Shown: one piece after another, positions 46,812 to 57,277 of the stretch
Layout: the number at the start of each line of letters is the position of its first letter
Numbering within the stretch: position 1 is the first letter of the stretch
From: a virus
Lineage: Duplodnaviria; Caudoviricetes
IMG/VR virus record: IMGVR_UViG_2932588108_000002
Location: 1-64,000 of that record
Length of the DNA stretch: 64,000 nucleotides
Reading direction: 5' to 3' (one strand)
Program-made: the position numbers and the translations under genes
The notes under the pieces: generated by a model
What the model was told of the DNA's origin: nothing
The model's input: only the letters and a program-made list of their open reading frames with translations
Database searches by the model: none

Positions 46812-47000
46812 ATGACCGTTCAACTGGAGCACCCGGTCACCATTGAGCAGCTGCCCGTCGACGGCGCCGCTGTCACCGACGACCCGTTCCAGCTCGACAT
46901 CACCTTCATCGAGGGGACGCCTGCGACCGAGACGGTGCTGATGTGCAGCACCGGCGACAACTGCGGCAGCTCCTGCCCGAGCGCCTGCACCACCTCGTAA
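46812..47000 (+). CDS. fxlA: FxLD-family class I lanthipeptide precursor
   Basis: Leader DDPFQLDITF; core CSTGDNCGSSCPSACTTS; AAGGAGG RBS. Confidence 0.93.
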   Translation: MTVQLEHPVTIEQLPVDGAAVTDDPFQLDITFIEGTPATETVLMCSTGDNCGSSCPSACTTS

Positions 47001-47016
47001 GACAGGTCAGCCCGAT

Positions 47017-47055
47017 GGCGTGGGTCGGACGGAGCTGTTCCGTCCGGCCCGCGCC
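47017..47055 (+). terminator. Stem-loop after the lanthipeptide precursor
   Basis: GGCGTGGGTCGGACGGA-GCTGT-TCCGTCCGGCCCGCGCC with G-U pairs. Confidence 0.6.
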
Positions 47056-47081
47056 CCGCCTACCAAGAACGGAGTGAGGGG

Positions 47082-49118
47082 ATGACGCGCGTACGGCACA
47101 GCCTGTACCGAGCCGCCGGAGAACCAATGCTGCGTGCCGCAGTGAACCTCACCGAGCCGAGCATGCCTCCCTGGCCAGGTCCCACGGCCTCGCTTGAACA
47201 GTGGCGTGCGTGGCTGCGTGCGGTGTGGGCCGACGACACCTTCCAGCAAGCCGTAACCAGCGCCAGCCCAGATCTGGCACGCCAGGTTCAAGCAGTGCTC
47301 GCCGGGCGGTCTCCGGGAGTGCGCCGGGTGCGGCGGGCGGCACTGTCCACCGCCCGGTACGCGATCCGATACGCGCGCCGCCCCACTCCGTACGGTCTCT
47401 TCGCGGGCGTCGCGCGCGTCGAGTTCGCCGACACGGCGGAGGTCCGCGTCGGCGACGAGCACCTGGCTGTCGCCCGGCATGACCCGGTGGCGCTCGATGT
47501 GGCAATCAGCGGCTGGGAGGCGGACGGCAAGCGGATGGCTGACGTCGACGTGTGCGTCAACAACCTCGTTCAGAAGCGCGGCGAGCGCGTCTACGTCCCG
47601 TCCGAGGGCGCCTCGGAGTTCTCCCTCGCGCTGAGCCCCGCGCTCAAGTTGATTCTCGACGCCGCCCGCTCCCCGGTCCGGTACTCGGTCCTCGGCGACA
47701 AGCTCGCCGCCGACTTCCCCACCACGACCGCACAGCAACGAACCGGATTGCTCGGGGAGCTTCTGCACGTACGACTGCTCCGGTCGTCGCTACGCGCACC
47801 CGCTACGGTCATCGACCCCACCGACACGTTGCCGCCCGCGCTGCGTGACGAGGTCCGCGAAAGGACGGCGGCCCCCGATTTGCGGCTGGACGCCACGGTG
47901 CGGCTCCCGAGCACGGTCCTCACGGAAGCGGAGACAGCCGCGACCGTCCTCGCCCGGATCGCCGCGCACCCCAACGGCATCCCGGCTTGGCGCCGATGGA
48001 TCGAGCAGTTCACCGAGCGCTACGGCGAGAGCGCCGAGATTCCGCTGAACCTGGTCCTGGACCCCGAAAAGGGCTTGGGCTTTCCCGACGGGTTCGGCCA
48101 GGTGTCCGAGCCTCCCCGCCCCATGGCTCGGCGCGACCGGCTGCTGCTGGAACTGGCCGGAACCGCAGCCGTCGAAGGCGCCCGCTCCGTTCCCCTGTCC
48201 GGCGCGATGATCGAAGAACTGGAGGCCGCCGCGGGCAAGCCCACCGCCACCGCGCCCCACCTCGAACTCGGCATGCGCCTCAACGCCCGCTCGACCCGCG
48301 CCCTGGAACGGGGGAACTTCCGGCTCCACGTATCCACCGTCTCCCGTTCGGCCGGCTCGATGACGGGCCGGTTCTGGCACCTGTTCCCGCACACCGGAGG
48401 GACGTACACCGACCTGCCCACCGTCGAGCCCGGCGCGGAGCTGGCCCAGCTTTCCTTCCACGCCGGACGCGTGCCGGCCGACCTACTCACCCGCGCCCCG
48501 CGCGTGCTGCCCAGGGTGGTCAGCGTCGGCGAGTTCCGGCACCCCGAGGAAGGCGTGCTGTTCCCCTCCGACCTGGCCGTCGGCCTCCGCGACGGCCGCC
48601 CCTACCTCGCCGAGGCTGCCACCGGCACGCACCTGGAACTGCTCGCGCCAACCGCGCTGAACTTCCTGTGGAACAACTACACTCCGCCACTGGCCCGGTT
48701 CCTGGTCGAGATCAGCCGGGCCGCCACGCCACAGGTGACCTGGTTCGACTGGGGCTCGGCATGGACTCTGCCGTTCACCCCGGCGGTGCACTACCGCCGT
48801 TCGATCCTGGTGACGGCGCGATGGAAGGTGCGGGCCCGGGATCTGCCCGATCGCACCGCGTCGCTGGATGAGTGGGCCGAGCAACTGCACGCCTGGATGA
48901 GCCGATTCCGCGTGCCGGACCGCGTGCTCTTGGCCGAAGACGACCAACAGCTCCCGCTCGACCTGCGACACGACATGCACTTGGACCTGTTGCGCGCCCA
49001 CCTGGCTGCCAGCCCGATCGGCGTCGCGACCCTGCACGATGCGCCGCCGCAAGACGCGGACGGCTGGATCGGTGGCAGGGCCCACAACCTCGTCGTCCCC
49101 CTGAAGGCCCGCTCATGA
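47082..49118 (+). CDS. lanB: Lantibiotic dehydratase, glutamylation domain only
   Basis: ASPDL, RY..R...RPTPYGLFAGV, GSMTGRF, PPLARFL.EI, DQQL.LDL. Confidence 0.92.
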   Translation: MTRVRHSLYRAAGEPMLRAAVNLTEPSMPPWPGPTASLEQWRAWLRAVWADDTFQQAVTSASPDLARQVQAVLAGRSPGVRRVRRAALSTARYAIRYARRPTPYGLFAGVARVEFADTAEVRVGDEHLAVARHDPVALDVAISGWEADGKRMADVDVCVNNLVQKRGERVYVPSEGASEFSLALSPALKLILDAARSPVRYSVLGDKLAADFPTTTAQQRTGLLGELLHVRLLRSSLRAPATVIDPTDTLPPALRDEVRERTAAPDLRLDATVRLPSTVLTEAETAATVLARIAAHPNGIPAWRRWIEQFTERYGESAEIPLNLVLDPEKGLGFPDGFGQVSEPPRPMARRDRLLLELAGTAAVEGARSVPLSGAMIEELEAAAGKPTATAPHLELGMRLNARSTRALERGNFRLHVSTVSRSAGSMTGRFWHLFPHTGGTYTDLPTVEPGAELAQLSFHAGRVPADLLTRAPRVLPRVVSVGEFRHPEEGVLFPSDLAVGLRDGRPYLAEAATGTHLELLAPTALNFLWNNYTPPLARFLVEISRAATPQVTWFDWGSAWTLPFTPAVHYRRSILVTARWKVRARDLPDRTASLDEWAEQLHAWMSRFRVPDRVLLAEDDQQLPLDLRHDMHLDLLRAHLAASPIGVATLHDAPPQDADGWIGGRAHNLVVPLKARS

Positions 49119-50188
49119 CGGCAACAGCGATTCCAACCCGCACGCAGGATCTCTCCGAGGGCACCCTCGGGATGGCGCTGCTCCACATCGAGCGCGGTGA
49201 TCACTTGGCCGCGCGGCGCTACCTCGCCCAGGCCGTGGCGGGCGGCGTCAGCGCCGGAGGCAACGCCTCGCTGTTCCACGGTGCCCCCGCATTGGAGTTC
49301 GTGCTCTCTCGCGCCGGACATGCCGGCCGTGTAGTCCGTGACGCCGTCGACCGCGTCGTGGACTCCCGGCTGGCCGCCGCCCATCGGCGGAAGGCTGCGG
49401 GCACGCTGCCTCATCTGGCAGAGTTCGACCTCATCCGCGGGCTGACCGGGCTGGGCGCACTGCTGCTGACCCGAGGCGCGGACTCGCCCCGGCTCCGGAA
49501 AGTGCTGGCCTACCTCGTGTCCCTGGCGCAGCCGGTCCGCATCGAGGACCGGGAGCTGCCGGGCTGGTGGTCCGCGGCTGGGCCTGGCGGGGAGGAGATG
49601 CCCGGCGGGCACAGCAACAACGGTGTTGCTCACGGCGTCGCCGGTCCCTTGGCGGTGCTCTCTCTCGCCGTGCGGCACGACGTCCATGTGCCGGGACAAC
49701 TCGACGCCATCGAGGTATTCGCGCGCTGGCTCGACACGTACGGCACCCGTTATTGGACCACGTACGACGAACTGCTGGTCAACGCGCCGCCCGAACCTCA
49801 GCTCGCGCGCCAGTCCTGGTGCTACGGCCAACCCGGCATCGCCCGCGCCCAGCAGCTTGCCGCACTCGCGCTCGGCGATTCGATCCGTCGGCAGGCGGCA
49901 GAGGCCACCGTCCTGAGGACCCTGACCGACCCGTCCCACCTCGGCCGGATCGTCGACGCAACGCTGTGCCACGGATGGGCCGGACTCGTGACGATCGCTC
50001 GCGCCGTCGCTGCTGACAGCCCCACGCCAGAGCGCTTCTCCCCAGTGATTGACGACCTGAGCAGGCGTCTGGCCGCGGACCTAGACCGACTGCCCAAGCC
50101 CGGCTTCATGGAGGGCCGCAGCGGAGCGCACCTGGCCGTTGACGGCACGAACACCACGGACTGGACCAGCGTCCTGCTGATCACCTGA
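49115..50188 (+). CDS. lanC: Lanthionine synthetase C (cyclase)
   Basis: FDLIRGLTG, GVAHGVAG, SWCYG.PG, LCHGWAG. Confidence 0.92.
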   Translation: MTATAIPTRTQDLSEGTLGMALLHIERGDHLAARRYLAQAVAGGVSAGGNASLFHGAPALEFVLSRAGHAGRVVRDAVDRVVDSRLAAAHRRKAAGTLPHLAEFDLIRGLTGLGALLLTRGADSPRLRKVLAYLVSLAQPVRIEDRELPGWWSAAGPGGEEMPGGHSNNGVAHGVAGPLAVLSLAVRHDVHVPGQLDAIEVFARWLDTYGTRYWTTYDELLVNAPPEPQLARQSWCYGQPGIARAQQLAALALGDSIRRQAAEATVLRTLTDPSHLGRIVDATLCHGWAGLVTIARAVAADSPTPERFSPVIDDLSRRLAADLDRLPKPGFMEGRSGAHLAVDGTNTTDWTSVLLIT

Positions 50189-50233
50189 CCCGCCCTCAAC
50201 CGAACTGACGCCCCCGACAAGGAGCCCCAGCCG

Positions 50234-52285
50234 ATGGACTTCGACGACGAGAACCTTCCGATCACGGCCGATACAACCTGGTGGCATGCCAGCGTGGCGT
50301 TTCCTGGGCGGGCGGTGAGTAGTGAGGCCGCTCAGGCACTGGCGGCCGCGCTGGATAACCAGCGCTTCCACTTCCTCCGTAAGGACACAGGTCTTCGGCT
50401 GCGCACCGAGCGTCCCGTCGGCACTCTGCTGGACCGCCTCGTCGCCGACCATCTGGCCACGGGATGGGTCGGCGGCATCTACGAGCCGGAGACCGAGGCG
50501 TTCGGTGGCCCGGAGGGTATGGACGTGGCGCACGACGTGTTCTGCGCCGACAGCCCCAGCGCCCTGTTCGAGACCGGCCTGCCCGGTGGCCGAGAGTGCG
50601 CTGTACTGCTGCTCTCCGCCATGATCCGCTCGGCGGGACTGGACCCGTTCGAGGCCGGGGACGTCTGGGCGAAACTCGGCGCCCTGCGGCCGCCCGTCAT
50701 CCCGCCCACCGGCCCCGCGCGCGACCAGGCGGTGAGCGCCATGCGGCGGCTGATGAACGCCGACTCGGCGCAGCGGCCGGACGCTGAACCCGGATGGGCC
50801 GAACGTCTCGCCGCCTTCGAGAACGCTGGCCTTCGCCTGCGCAAGCTCGCCACTGATGGGCGCCTGATACGCGGCCTGCGCGCCGTTCTCGCCCATCACG
50901 CGATCTTCGCGTTCAACCGTGCGGGAGTACCTGCCGCCGAGCAGGCCGCTACCGCATGGCTAGGCCGCGAGGTCGCCTTTGCCGCAGGCGAAGGGGCCGA
51001 CGTGTCTACTCGCCGGTTCACTTCCCCGGACCCTAATGTCGCTCGAATGGAGACCACCGTGACACCCGTTACTGACGCCGCCGACATGCGTGAAGCCCTG
51101 GTGAACCGCCTTGTCGGCAGCGGCCATCTGCGCACCCCCGCCGTCATCGATGCCTTCCGCACCACCGAGCGCCACCAGTTTCTTCCCGGCGTCGACCTCG
51201 AATCGGCGTACAAGGAGGACGCGGTGTCCATCAAGGAGGACGAGCACGGCGAGATGATCTCCTGCATCTCCGCACCCTCGATCGTCGCCACCCAGCTCGA
51301 ACAGCTCGGTGCGCAGCCAGGAGACAAGGTCCTGGAAGCCGGGGCCGCCACCGGCTACAACGCCCGCCTGCTGGGCAAGCTCGTGGCTCCCGGCGGTCAC
51401 GTGTGGACCGTGGACGTCGACCAGGACCTCGTCGACGGCGCGAGCAAGAACCTCGCCGAGGCCGGGGCTACGAACGTGACGGCGGTGCTGGCCGACGGTG
51501 CTGCCGGCCTCCCGGAGCATGCCCCGTACCACCGCATCCAGTTCACGGTTGGCGCAGGCGACGTGCCGGTGAAGATCCTCGATCAGCTCGCCCCCGGCGG
51601 ACGCCTGGTCCTGCCGATGCGGATTCGCGGCAGCATCTCCCGCAGCTTCGCCTTCGAGCGGGACGGCGACGCCTGGAAGACCGTCTCATGCGAAATGTCG
51701 ACCTTCGTGCCCCTGCGCAAGGGCGTCTGCGACGACATCTACACCTTGGTGCCCATGGAAGGTGAGGGCAACGTCCGCCTGGAAACCTTCAGCGAGCAGA
51801 CCGTCGACCGCGACGCGATCCGCACCGTCCTCGACCAGAAGCAGGCCAAGGTCTACACCGGCGTGAAGTTCCGGCAGGGCGACCCCTGGGAGTGGCTGTA
51901 CCTGTACCTGGCCTCCGTGCTGCCCAACGGTCTGTCCCGCCTGCCCGGCCAGCGCCCCGGTTTCACCCCACACTTCGGCTGGGGCTCCATGGCCGCGCTC
52001 GACGGCGACAGCCTGGCCTACCTGGCCATCCGCGAGGGCGAGGACGACAAGGGCCGCTTCTGGGAGATCGGCGTCATCGGCCACGGCTCCCGTGCCACCG
52101 AACTCGCCGACCAGGTCGCGGGCGAGATCCGCGACTGGGATGAGGGCTGGGGCAACACCGCGCCGGAGCCCACCTTCCGCATGGCCGTCGGCGACGCCCG
52201 CGACAAGATCACGGCCGCCGACCCGCGCTTCATCATCGACAAGGCGTACAGCCGCCTTGTCGTCGACTGGCCGCGCAAGGGCTGA
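50234..52285 (+). CDS. fxlM: FxLD-system methyltransferase: LanB elimination domain fused to PIMT-like O-methyltransferase
   Basis: N-terminal FHFLRK...LRLR, YEPE..AFGG..GM..AH.VF.ADS, HH.IF.FNR; C-terminal SCISAP.IVA..LEQL..PG.KVLEAGAATGYNA. Confidence 0.92.
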   Translation: MDFDDENLPITADTTWWHASVAFPGRAVSSEAAQALAAALDNQRFHFLRKDTGLRLRTERPVGTLLDRLVADHLATGWVGGIYEPETEAFGGPEGMDVAHDVFCADSPSALFETGLPGGRECAVLLLSAMIRSAGLDPFEAGDVWAKLGALRPPVIPPTGPARDQAVSAMRRLMNADSAQRPDAEPGWAERLAAFENAGLRLRKLATDGRLIRGLRAVLAHHAIFAFNRAGVPAAEQAATAWLGREVAFAAGEGADVSTRRFTSPDPNVARMETTVTPVTDAADMREALVNRLVGSGHLRTPAVIDAFRTTERHQFLPGVDLESAYKEDAVSIKEDEHGEMISCISAPSIVATQLEQLGAQPGDKVLEAGAATGYNARLLGKLVAPGGHVWTVDVDQDLVDGASKNLAEAGATNVTAVLADGAAGLPEHAPYHRIQFTVGAGDVPVKILDQLAPGGRLVLPMRIRGSISRSFAFERDGDAWKTVSCEMSTFVPLRKGVCDDIYTLVPMEGEGNVRLETFSEQTVDRDAIRTVLDQKQAKVYTGVKFRQGDPWEWLYLYLASVLPNGLSRLPGQRPGFTPHFGWGSMAALDGDSLAYLAIREGEDDKGRFWEIGVIGHGSRATELADQVAGEIRDWDEGWGNTAPEPTFRMAVGDARDKITAADPRFIIDKAYSRLVVDWPRKG

Positions 52286-52289
52286 GCCC

Positions 52290-53387
52290 GTGATCCCCGC
52301 GATAGCCAGCCGCATCCCGCTAGTCCGTCGTCCCAAGGCGCCGGCGCTCCCGCTGGACGAGCGAATCACCCACCTCACCGGGCTGACTATCGCGCCCGCT
52401 GACGCGGGTCACCATGACCTGGTGGCCCGCGCCAGTGGCGTCCTCAACTACGCCGCTCTGATCGCCTCCGACGTCGGATTACCCGACCTGGCGGCTGACC
52501 TGTGCTGGAGGCAGCACCGGGTCTTCGCCGACGCCGGGCGCCTCACTGGCGGCATCGCCGTGATGTCGCTGATGCCCCTCATCAACATCTCCCGGCTACT
52601 GACCCGCGAGGGCGACGGCAAGGCCGCCTACGACGTCCTCACTCGGCTGTACCGCGCCGCCCAGAAACGCGATACCGCCGAGATCCACGGCCACACCGTC
52701 GACCTCGCAGCCTTGATCGACACAGACGCCGACCACCGCAAGGTCTGCGAGGAGCTGTGGATCACCGTGCTCGTCGACGGTGCCAGAGCCCTGGCACGGA
52801 TCGGCCGATGGACCGAGGCCGCCAAAGCCATGACCTCGTACCGCGGCATCGGCAACCGCCTCCTCGACGGCCGCCAAATCGAGATCATGGCCCTGATGGA
52901 ACGCGGCCTCGATCAGCAGGCCCGCGACACGATCGACGCCACCGCCCCGACTGAGCCGTGGGAGAACACCATCGCGGCTCTCCTGCGTGTCTACTGTCGG
53001 CCCCCGTCGGCAGTCGTGCCGCAATCAGACCTGGAACTCGTGCTGAGCAAAGTGGCCACGCTGATCGCCGAACCTGACCCCTCAACCGCCGTCTTCCAGA
53101 CCCGAGCTGGTCTCGCCGCGCTCGATCTGGTCCACAACCGGACGAGCCCCAACGTGGGCCCGTTGAACGACGCAGTCGCCAACGCGGCTGCTCTGGATGC
53201 ATGCGCCGCCCGGGACGTCCTGACCCACGCTGCCGCGTGCTCGTCCCTGACCGGCGAGCAGAGTCGGAAGCTGGACACCGCGATCGCCTCGTCGGGGCTG
53301 GGGGCGGGGCGCCTGCCCGAGCACCACATGCACGCACTCACGGAAGCTGTCGACAAGGGCGAAGTCGCGCTTCGCAGCCTCCTGTGA
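52290..53387 (+). CDS. Conserved helical hypothetical protein of FxLD clusters
   Basis: N.AALIASD.G.PDLA..LC..Q, P.IN..RL..R, GIG.RLLDGRQ. Confidence 0.75.
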   Translation: MIPAIASRIPLVRRPKAPALPLDERITHLTGLTIAPADAGHHDLVARASGVLNYAALIASDVGLPDLAADLCWRQHRVFADAGRLTGGIAVMSLMPLINISRLLTREGDGKAAYDVLTRLYRAAQKRDTAEIHGHTVDLAALIDTDADHRKVCEELWITVLVDGARALARIGRWTEAAKAMTSYRGIGNRLLDGRQIEIMALMERGLDQQARDTIDATAPTEPWENTIAALLRVYCRPPSAVVPQSDLELVLSKVATLIAEPDPSTAVFQTRAGLAALDLVHNRTSPNVGPLNDAVANAAALDACAARDVLTHAAACSSLTGEQSRKLDTAIASSGLGAGRLPEHHMHALTEAVDKGEVALRSLL

Positions 53388-53721
53388 CTCCACACGTACA
53401 CCGAACGCCCAAATAGCAGGAGATGCCTGCTAGTTGGGCGACTTGACGTTGTCGGACTCAGTGGCGACAGCCCGTCGCCTCTTGGGAGGCAGACACTCGC
53501 TGGAAACCTCATCCATCACAGGCGCATCAGGTGTCGGCGATTCGGCCAAGTCGCGCCACTCAAGAACGGCCCTATCACCGCGTCCACACGTTCGTTCCCT
53601 TGCGCCTCAAGGCCCCCAGTGCGTCCGAAATCGAGCGCGTTCGATTCCGCTGTTGCGTCGTTATGCCGTGCATCGCCGAGCCATCCAGGTGCGACCCCCG
53701 ACCCCCCCAGGAGGGACACAG

Positions 53722-55611
53722 GTGACTGTGACTGACGCCTCTACTGCAAACGCTGAGACGCCACCCCCTCCGCCACCTGCGGAGATCCGCTACAGCGGCG
53801 AGTACTCCATCAACCCGCTCGGCGATGTGTCGTTCGCCCACATGTGCGCTCGCCTGCCGTCCGTGCTGCGCCGCATCTCTCGAATGGCCTGGCACCTCGA
53901 CCGCACGGCCGTTCTCCTCCTCGCCGCCTGCCAACTGGTCACAGGCGCCGCCGCCGCAGTCGGTCTGACCGCGACCGCTCGCGCCATGCGACCCGTTCTT
54001 GGCCCCGGAGCTGTGACCGACCGTCTTCATCAGGCACTACCCGCGCTGCTCGTCGTGGCCGGCGCGGCGGCACTCGGACGGCTGTCCAGCGCGCTCGCCT
54101 CGTACGCGGGTCGCAGGCTCACCCCGCACCTGACGACCTATGCGGACACCTCGCTGGTCGAGGCGGTGTGCCGAGTCGAAGTCGCTGCCTACGCCCAGGA
54201 CGGCTTCGCCGACCGGCAAGAAGCCGCCGAGATGGGCGTGGTGCGCACGACCGTGATGGTGAACGACGCACAGCGATTCATGGCCGCTCTCATCAGGATG
54301 GTGGCCGCGAGCGGAGTGTTGTCCGTGCTGCACTGGGCGATGCTGCCGCTGCTCCTCCTCGCCGTCCTGCCGGCCGGAGTCGGCGCGGTTCTCACCGCGC
54401 GCGTCGACTACGAAATGCACTACGCGAACGTGTCGGACCGCAATGTGCGCCACATGATGCGCTGGTGGGCCACCACGCCGAAACACGGGGACGAAGTCCG
54501 CGCCAACGGCATGACCGGCTATCTGCTGTTCTGGTATCGGTCACTGTCCGAGCGCATCGACCGCCGTCTGCTGGACTCCGCTCCACGCACCTTGCGCATC
54601 ACCCTGCTGTCCGCGACGGCTGGCGGCTTCTTCCTGCTCCTGGCCTGGGCCGCCCTCGCCTGGCTGGCCACCACCGGGCGCATCGAACTCGCCGTTGCCG
54701 CGACCGCGGTCGTCGCCGTTCAGACCACGCTCGTAGCGCTTTCCCAAGTGGTCATCAACGGGGCGGCCCTGTTCCATACCAGCCTCTACCTGACCGACAT
54801 GCAGACGTTTCTCGACGACGCCGCACAACGGGCCCCACAGCGTGGTGAGTTGGAGGCTCCCGCGACCGTGGAGGAAATCCGGATCGACGACGTGGTCTAC
54901 CAATACCCTGGCAAGGACAGCCCGGCCGTCGACGGCGTATCCCTCACGCTGCGCCGTGGCGAGATCCTGGCCATCGTCGGCGAGAACGGCAGCGGCAAGT
55001 CCACCCTCCTGCGCTTGATCACCGGCATCTACCTGGCAGACAAGGGGCGCGTTCTGTGGAACGGCGCAGACCTCTCCACCCTTTCCCAGGACAGCGTCTG
55101 GGCCCGTACAGGACTCGTGCCGCAGCTCTTTGCCCAGTGGCCGCTGCGCGTGCGCGAGAATGTCACGCTCGGGCAGCCGCGGACCCGCGATGACCTGCCT
55201 GTCTGGGAAGCGATCGACGCCGTAGGCATGCGAGAGGCGGTCGAGGCGCTGCCGGACGGTATCGAGACGCTGCTTGCCCGGGAAGTCTTCGGGGGCGCCG
55301 AACTCTCCGGCGGGCAGTGGCAGCGCTTGGCCTGTTCTCGCGCGATCTACAGGCGCCCTGAAGTACTCATCCTGGACGAACCCACCTCCCAGATGGACGC
55401 CCGCGGTGAGCATCAGATCTTCGAGAAGATCAAACGCGGCGCTGCTGGCCGCATCACAATCGTGGTCACTCACCAGTTGGAAAACACCCGCCTCGCCGAC
55501 CGCATCCTCGTCATGGACAAAGGCCGAGTCATTGAGCACGGCCAGTACGAGGAACTGGTCAACTCCGACGGACTGTTCGCCGAGCTCGTGGCCCTGACCC
55601 AAGACCGATGA
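53722..55611 (+). CDS. ABC transporter, fused permease and ATPase (LanT-like exporter)
   Basis: TM helices; GENGSGKST, LSGGQWQR, LILDEPT, VVTH. Confidence 0.92.
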   Translation: MTVTDASTANAETPPPPPPAEIRYSGEYSINPLGDVSFAHMCARLPSVLRRISRMAWHLDRTAVLLLAACQLVTGAAAAVGLTATARAMRPVLGPGAVTDRLHQALPALLVVAGAAALGRLSSALASYAGRRLTPHLTTYADTSLVEAVCRVEVAAYAQDGFADRQEAAEMGVVRTTVMVNDAQRFMAALIRMVAASGVLSVLHWAMLPLLLLAVLPAGVGAVLTARVDYEMHYANVSDRNVRHMMRWWATTPKHGDEVRANGMTGYLLFWYRSLSERIDRRLLDSAPRTLRITLLSATAGGFFLLLAWAALAWLATTGRIELAVAATAVVAVQTTLVALSQVVINGAALFHTSLYLTDMQTFLDDAAQRAPQRGELEAPATVEEIRIDDVVYQYPGKDSPAVDGVSLTLRRGEILAIVGENGSGKSTLLRLITGIYLADKGRVLWNGADLSTLSQDSVWARTGLVPQLFAQWPLRVRENVTLGQPRTRDDLPVWEAIDAVGMREAVEALPDGIETLLAREVFGGAELSGGQWQRLACSRAIYRRPEVLILDEPTSQMDARGEHQIFEKIKRGAAGRITIVVTHQLENTRLADRILVMDKGRVIEHGQYEELVNSDGLFAELVALTQDR

Positions 55612-55667
55612 CCCGTACCGGCGCAGAGTCGTTCCCCGCCGCCCCCACGCACAGAAGCGAGACACGC

Positions 55668-56048
55668 ATGGCTGATACCTGGCAGACGATCGCCCGCCTT
55701 GCTGGCCGGTTGGAAGACCACTCGGTCCTTCCCCGCGAGCAACGCATCTTGCTCCAGCTCCTCAAGATTCAGGAGGAGGCAGGCGAGGTCGCCGAAGCGG
55801 TGATCGGAGCCATGGGGCAGAACCCCCGCAAGGGGCACTCGCACACGTGGGATGACGTCGAAGCCGAGGTCTGCGACGTCATCGTCACCGGCATGGTCGC
55901 CCTGGCCCGCATGAACCTCGATGCCGAGGCCGTGTTCGCGCGGCACATGGACCGCATCGCCTCTCGGGACCTGATGGCGCAGGGCGAGGCCAGCGACGCT
56001 CGGACCGTGAGCAGCCACCCCGACGCGACGACGGGACGGCAGAGTTGA
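55668..56048 (+). CDS. MazG-like nucleotide pyrophosphohydrolase
   Basis: LKIQEEAGEVAEAVIG..GQNPRKG...EVCDVIVT. Confidence 0.88.
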   Translation: MADTWQTIARLAGRLEDHSVLPREQRILLQLLKIQEEAGEVAEAVIGAMGQNPRKGHSHTWDDVEAEVCDVIVTGMVALARMNLDAEAVFARHMDRIASRDLMAQGEASDARTVSSHPDATTGRQS

Positions 56049-57277
56049 ACGCGCACACAGTGAACAGGCAAACCTGGGTCCGCTACGGCCAGATGCAGCT
56101 CGATCGCGGATACATGCCACCAGTTCCCGACCGACTGAAGTGGGGGTTCTGGGACGGTGTAGGACCAGGTGCTGACGTGCTCGGGCCGCTTCGCGGAAAA
56201 CGAGTGCTGGCCTTCGGATCAGGCCCCGGACACCAGGCCGTGCACGTGGCACGTGATCACGGCGCCCTCGTCGATGCAGTTGAGCTGTCGCCGACCCAGC
56301 ATCGACGAGCGGTCCAGCACTTCAGCCAAGTGCCCGGCGTGCGGTTCTTCAACGCCGACGTCGTTGAACATCTCCGCACCGCCGAGGCGTACGACGCGGC
56401 GTACGCGATTGGGACTCTCGCGTGCAACGACCCGCACTACCTCCTGCCGGCGCTCAGGGACGGGCTCGGAGACGGCGCTCGACTGGTCTTCTCGGCCCTA
56501 CACACCAACCTCCATGGGCACGGACCTTCCTCCGGGGTAGCGCCCCGCGAGGAGACGATCCGCATCATCGGTCAGGAGCCGATCCCGGTGCAGATGTGGG
56601 TGCTGACGCCGCAGCTGTGGGAGGACCTGCTGGTCGACTACGGGTTCCGCGTGGAGGATAACGAGCTGCTCCGCGCTCCCGAGGCCGACAACCCCGTGGT
56701 TGTGCAGCTCATTCGCGCCCGCCGCCTGCCGGACCGCCCCAGACGTATTACGAGTCGGCCGCGCACCAAGCGCCCTCCGATCCCTCATGCAGCGGTCGGC
56801 GTAGGCGCCATCGTGCTCGGTGAACAGGGCCTGCTGCTGGGCCGTCACCGCCGCGGAACGATCGAGTTGCCCGGCGGGACCGTGGAGACGCGCGACGGCT
56901 CTCTACAGGATGCGGTGGTACGCGAACTCAAGGAAGAGACTGGCCTGGTGGCCCGCTCTGAGGACGTTGTCCTTCTGGGCACGCTCGTCGACCACGTTGG
57001 CGACGTGGTGCGCGTCACCGTCGGTGCCGTCGTCACAGCCTGGCAGGGGCAGCCCTCCACACAACCAGACGAGAGCGTGGGCAACTGGGACTGGTGGCCC
57101 CTCGACCAACTGCCTCAGCAAGATCTGTTCGAGTGCAGTGCCCAGATCCTCGCCGCCTGGCGCCCCGGCCTACCCATCGACGATACCCCCGCCCACTTCA
57201 CCCCCTACGCCCGTGAACCGGAAACGGCGTCGGAACCGGGAGACAGAAACGCCCGAACGCGAGAGAAGGCGCCTTGA
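56045..57277 (+). CDS. Class I SAM methyltransferase-NUDIX hydrolase fusion
   Basis: VLAFGSGPG...VELS; Nudix box LPGG.VE......AVVRELKEETGL. Confidence 0.88.
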   Translation: MNAHTVNRQTWVRYGQMQLDRGYMPPVPDRLKWGFWDGVGPGADVLGPLRGKRVLAFGSGPGHQAVHVARDHGALVDAVELSPTQHRRAVQHFSQVPGVRFFNADVVEHLRTAEAYDAAYAIGTLACNDPHYLLPALRDGLGDGARLVFSALHTNLHGHGPSSGVAPREETIRIIGQEPIPVQMWVLTPQLWEDLLVDYGFRVEDNELLRAPEADNPVVVQLIRARRLPDRPRRITSRPRTKRPPIPHAAVGVGAIVLGEQGLLLGRHRRGTIELPGGTVETRDGSLQDAVVRELKEETGLVARSEDVVLLGTLVDHVGDVVRVTVGAVVTAWQGQPSTQPDESVGNWDWWPLDQLPQQDLFECSAQILAAWRPGLPIDDTPAHFTPYAREPETASEPGDRNARTREKAP

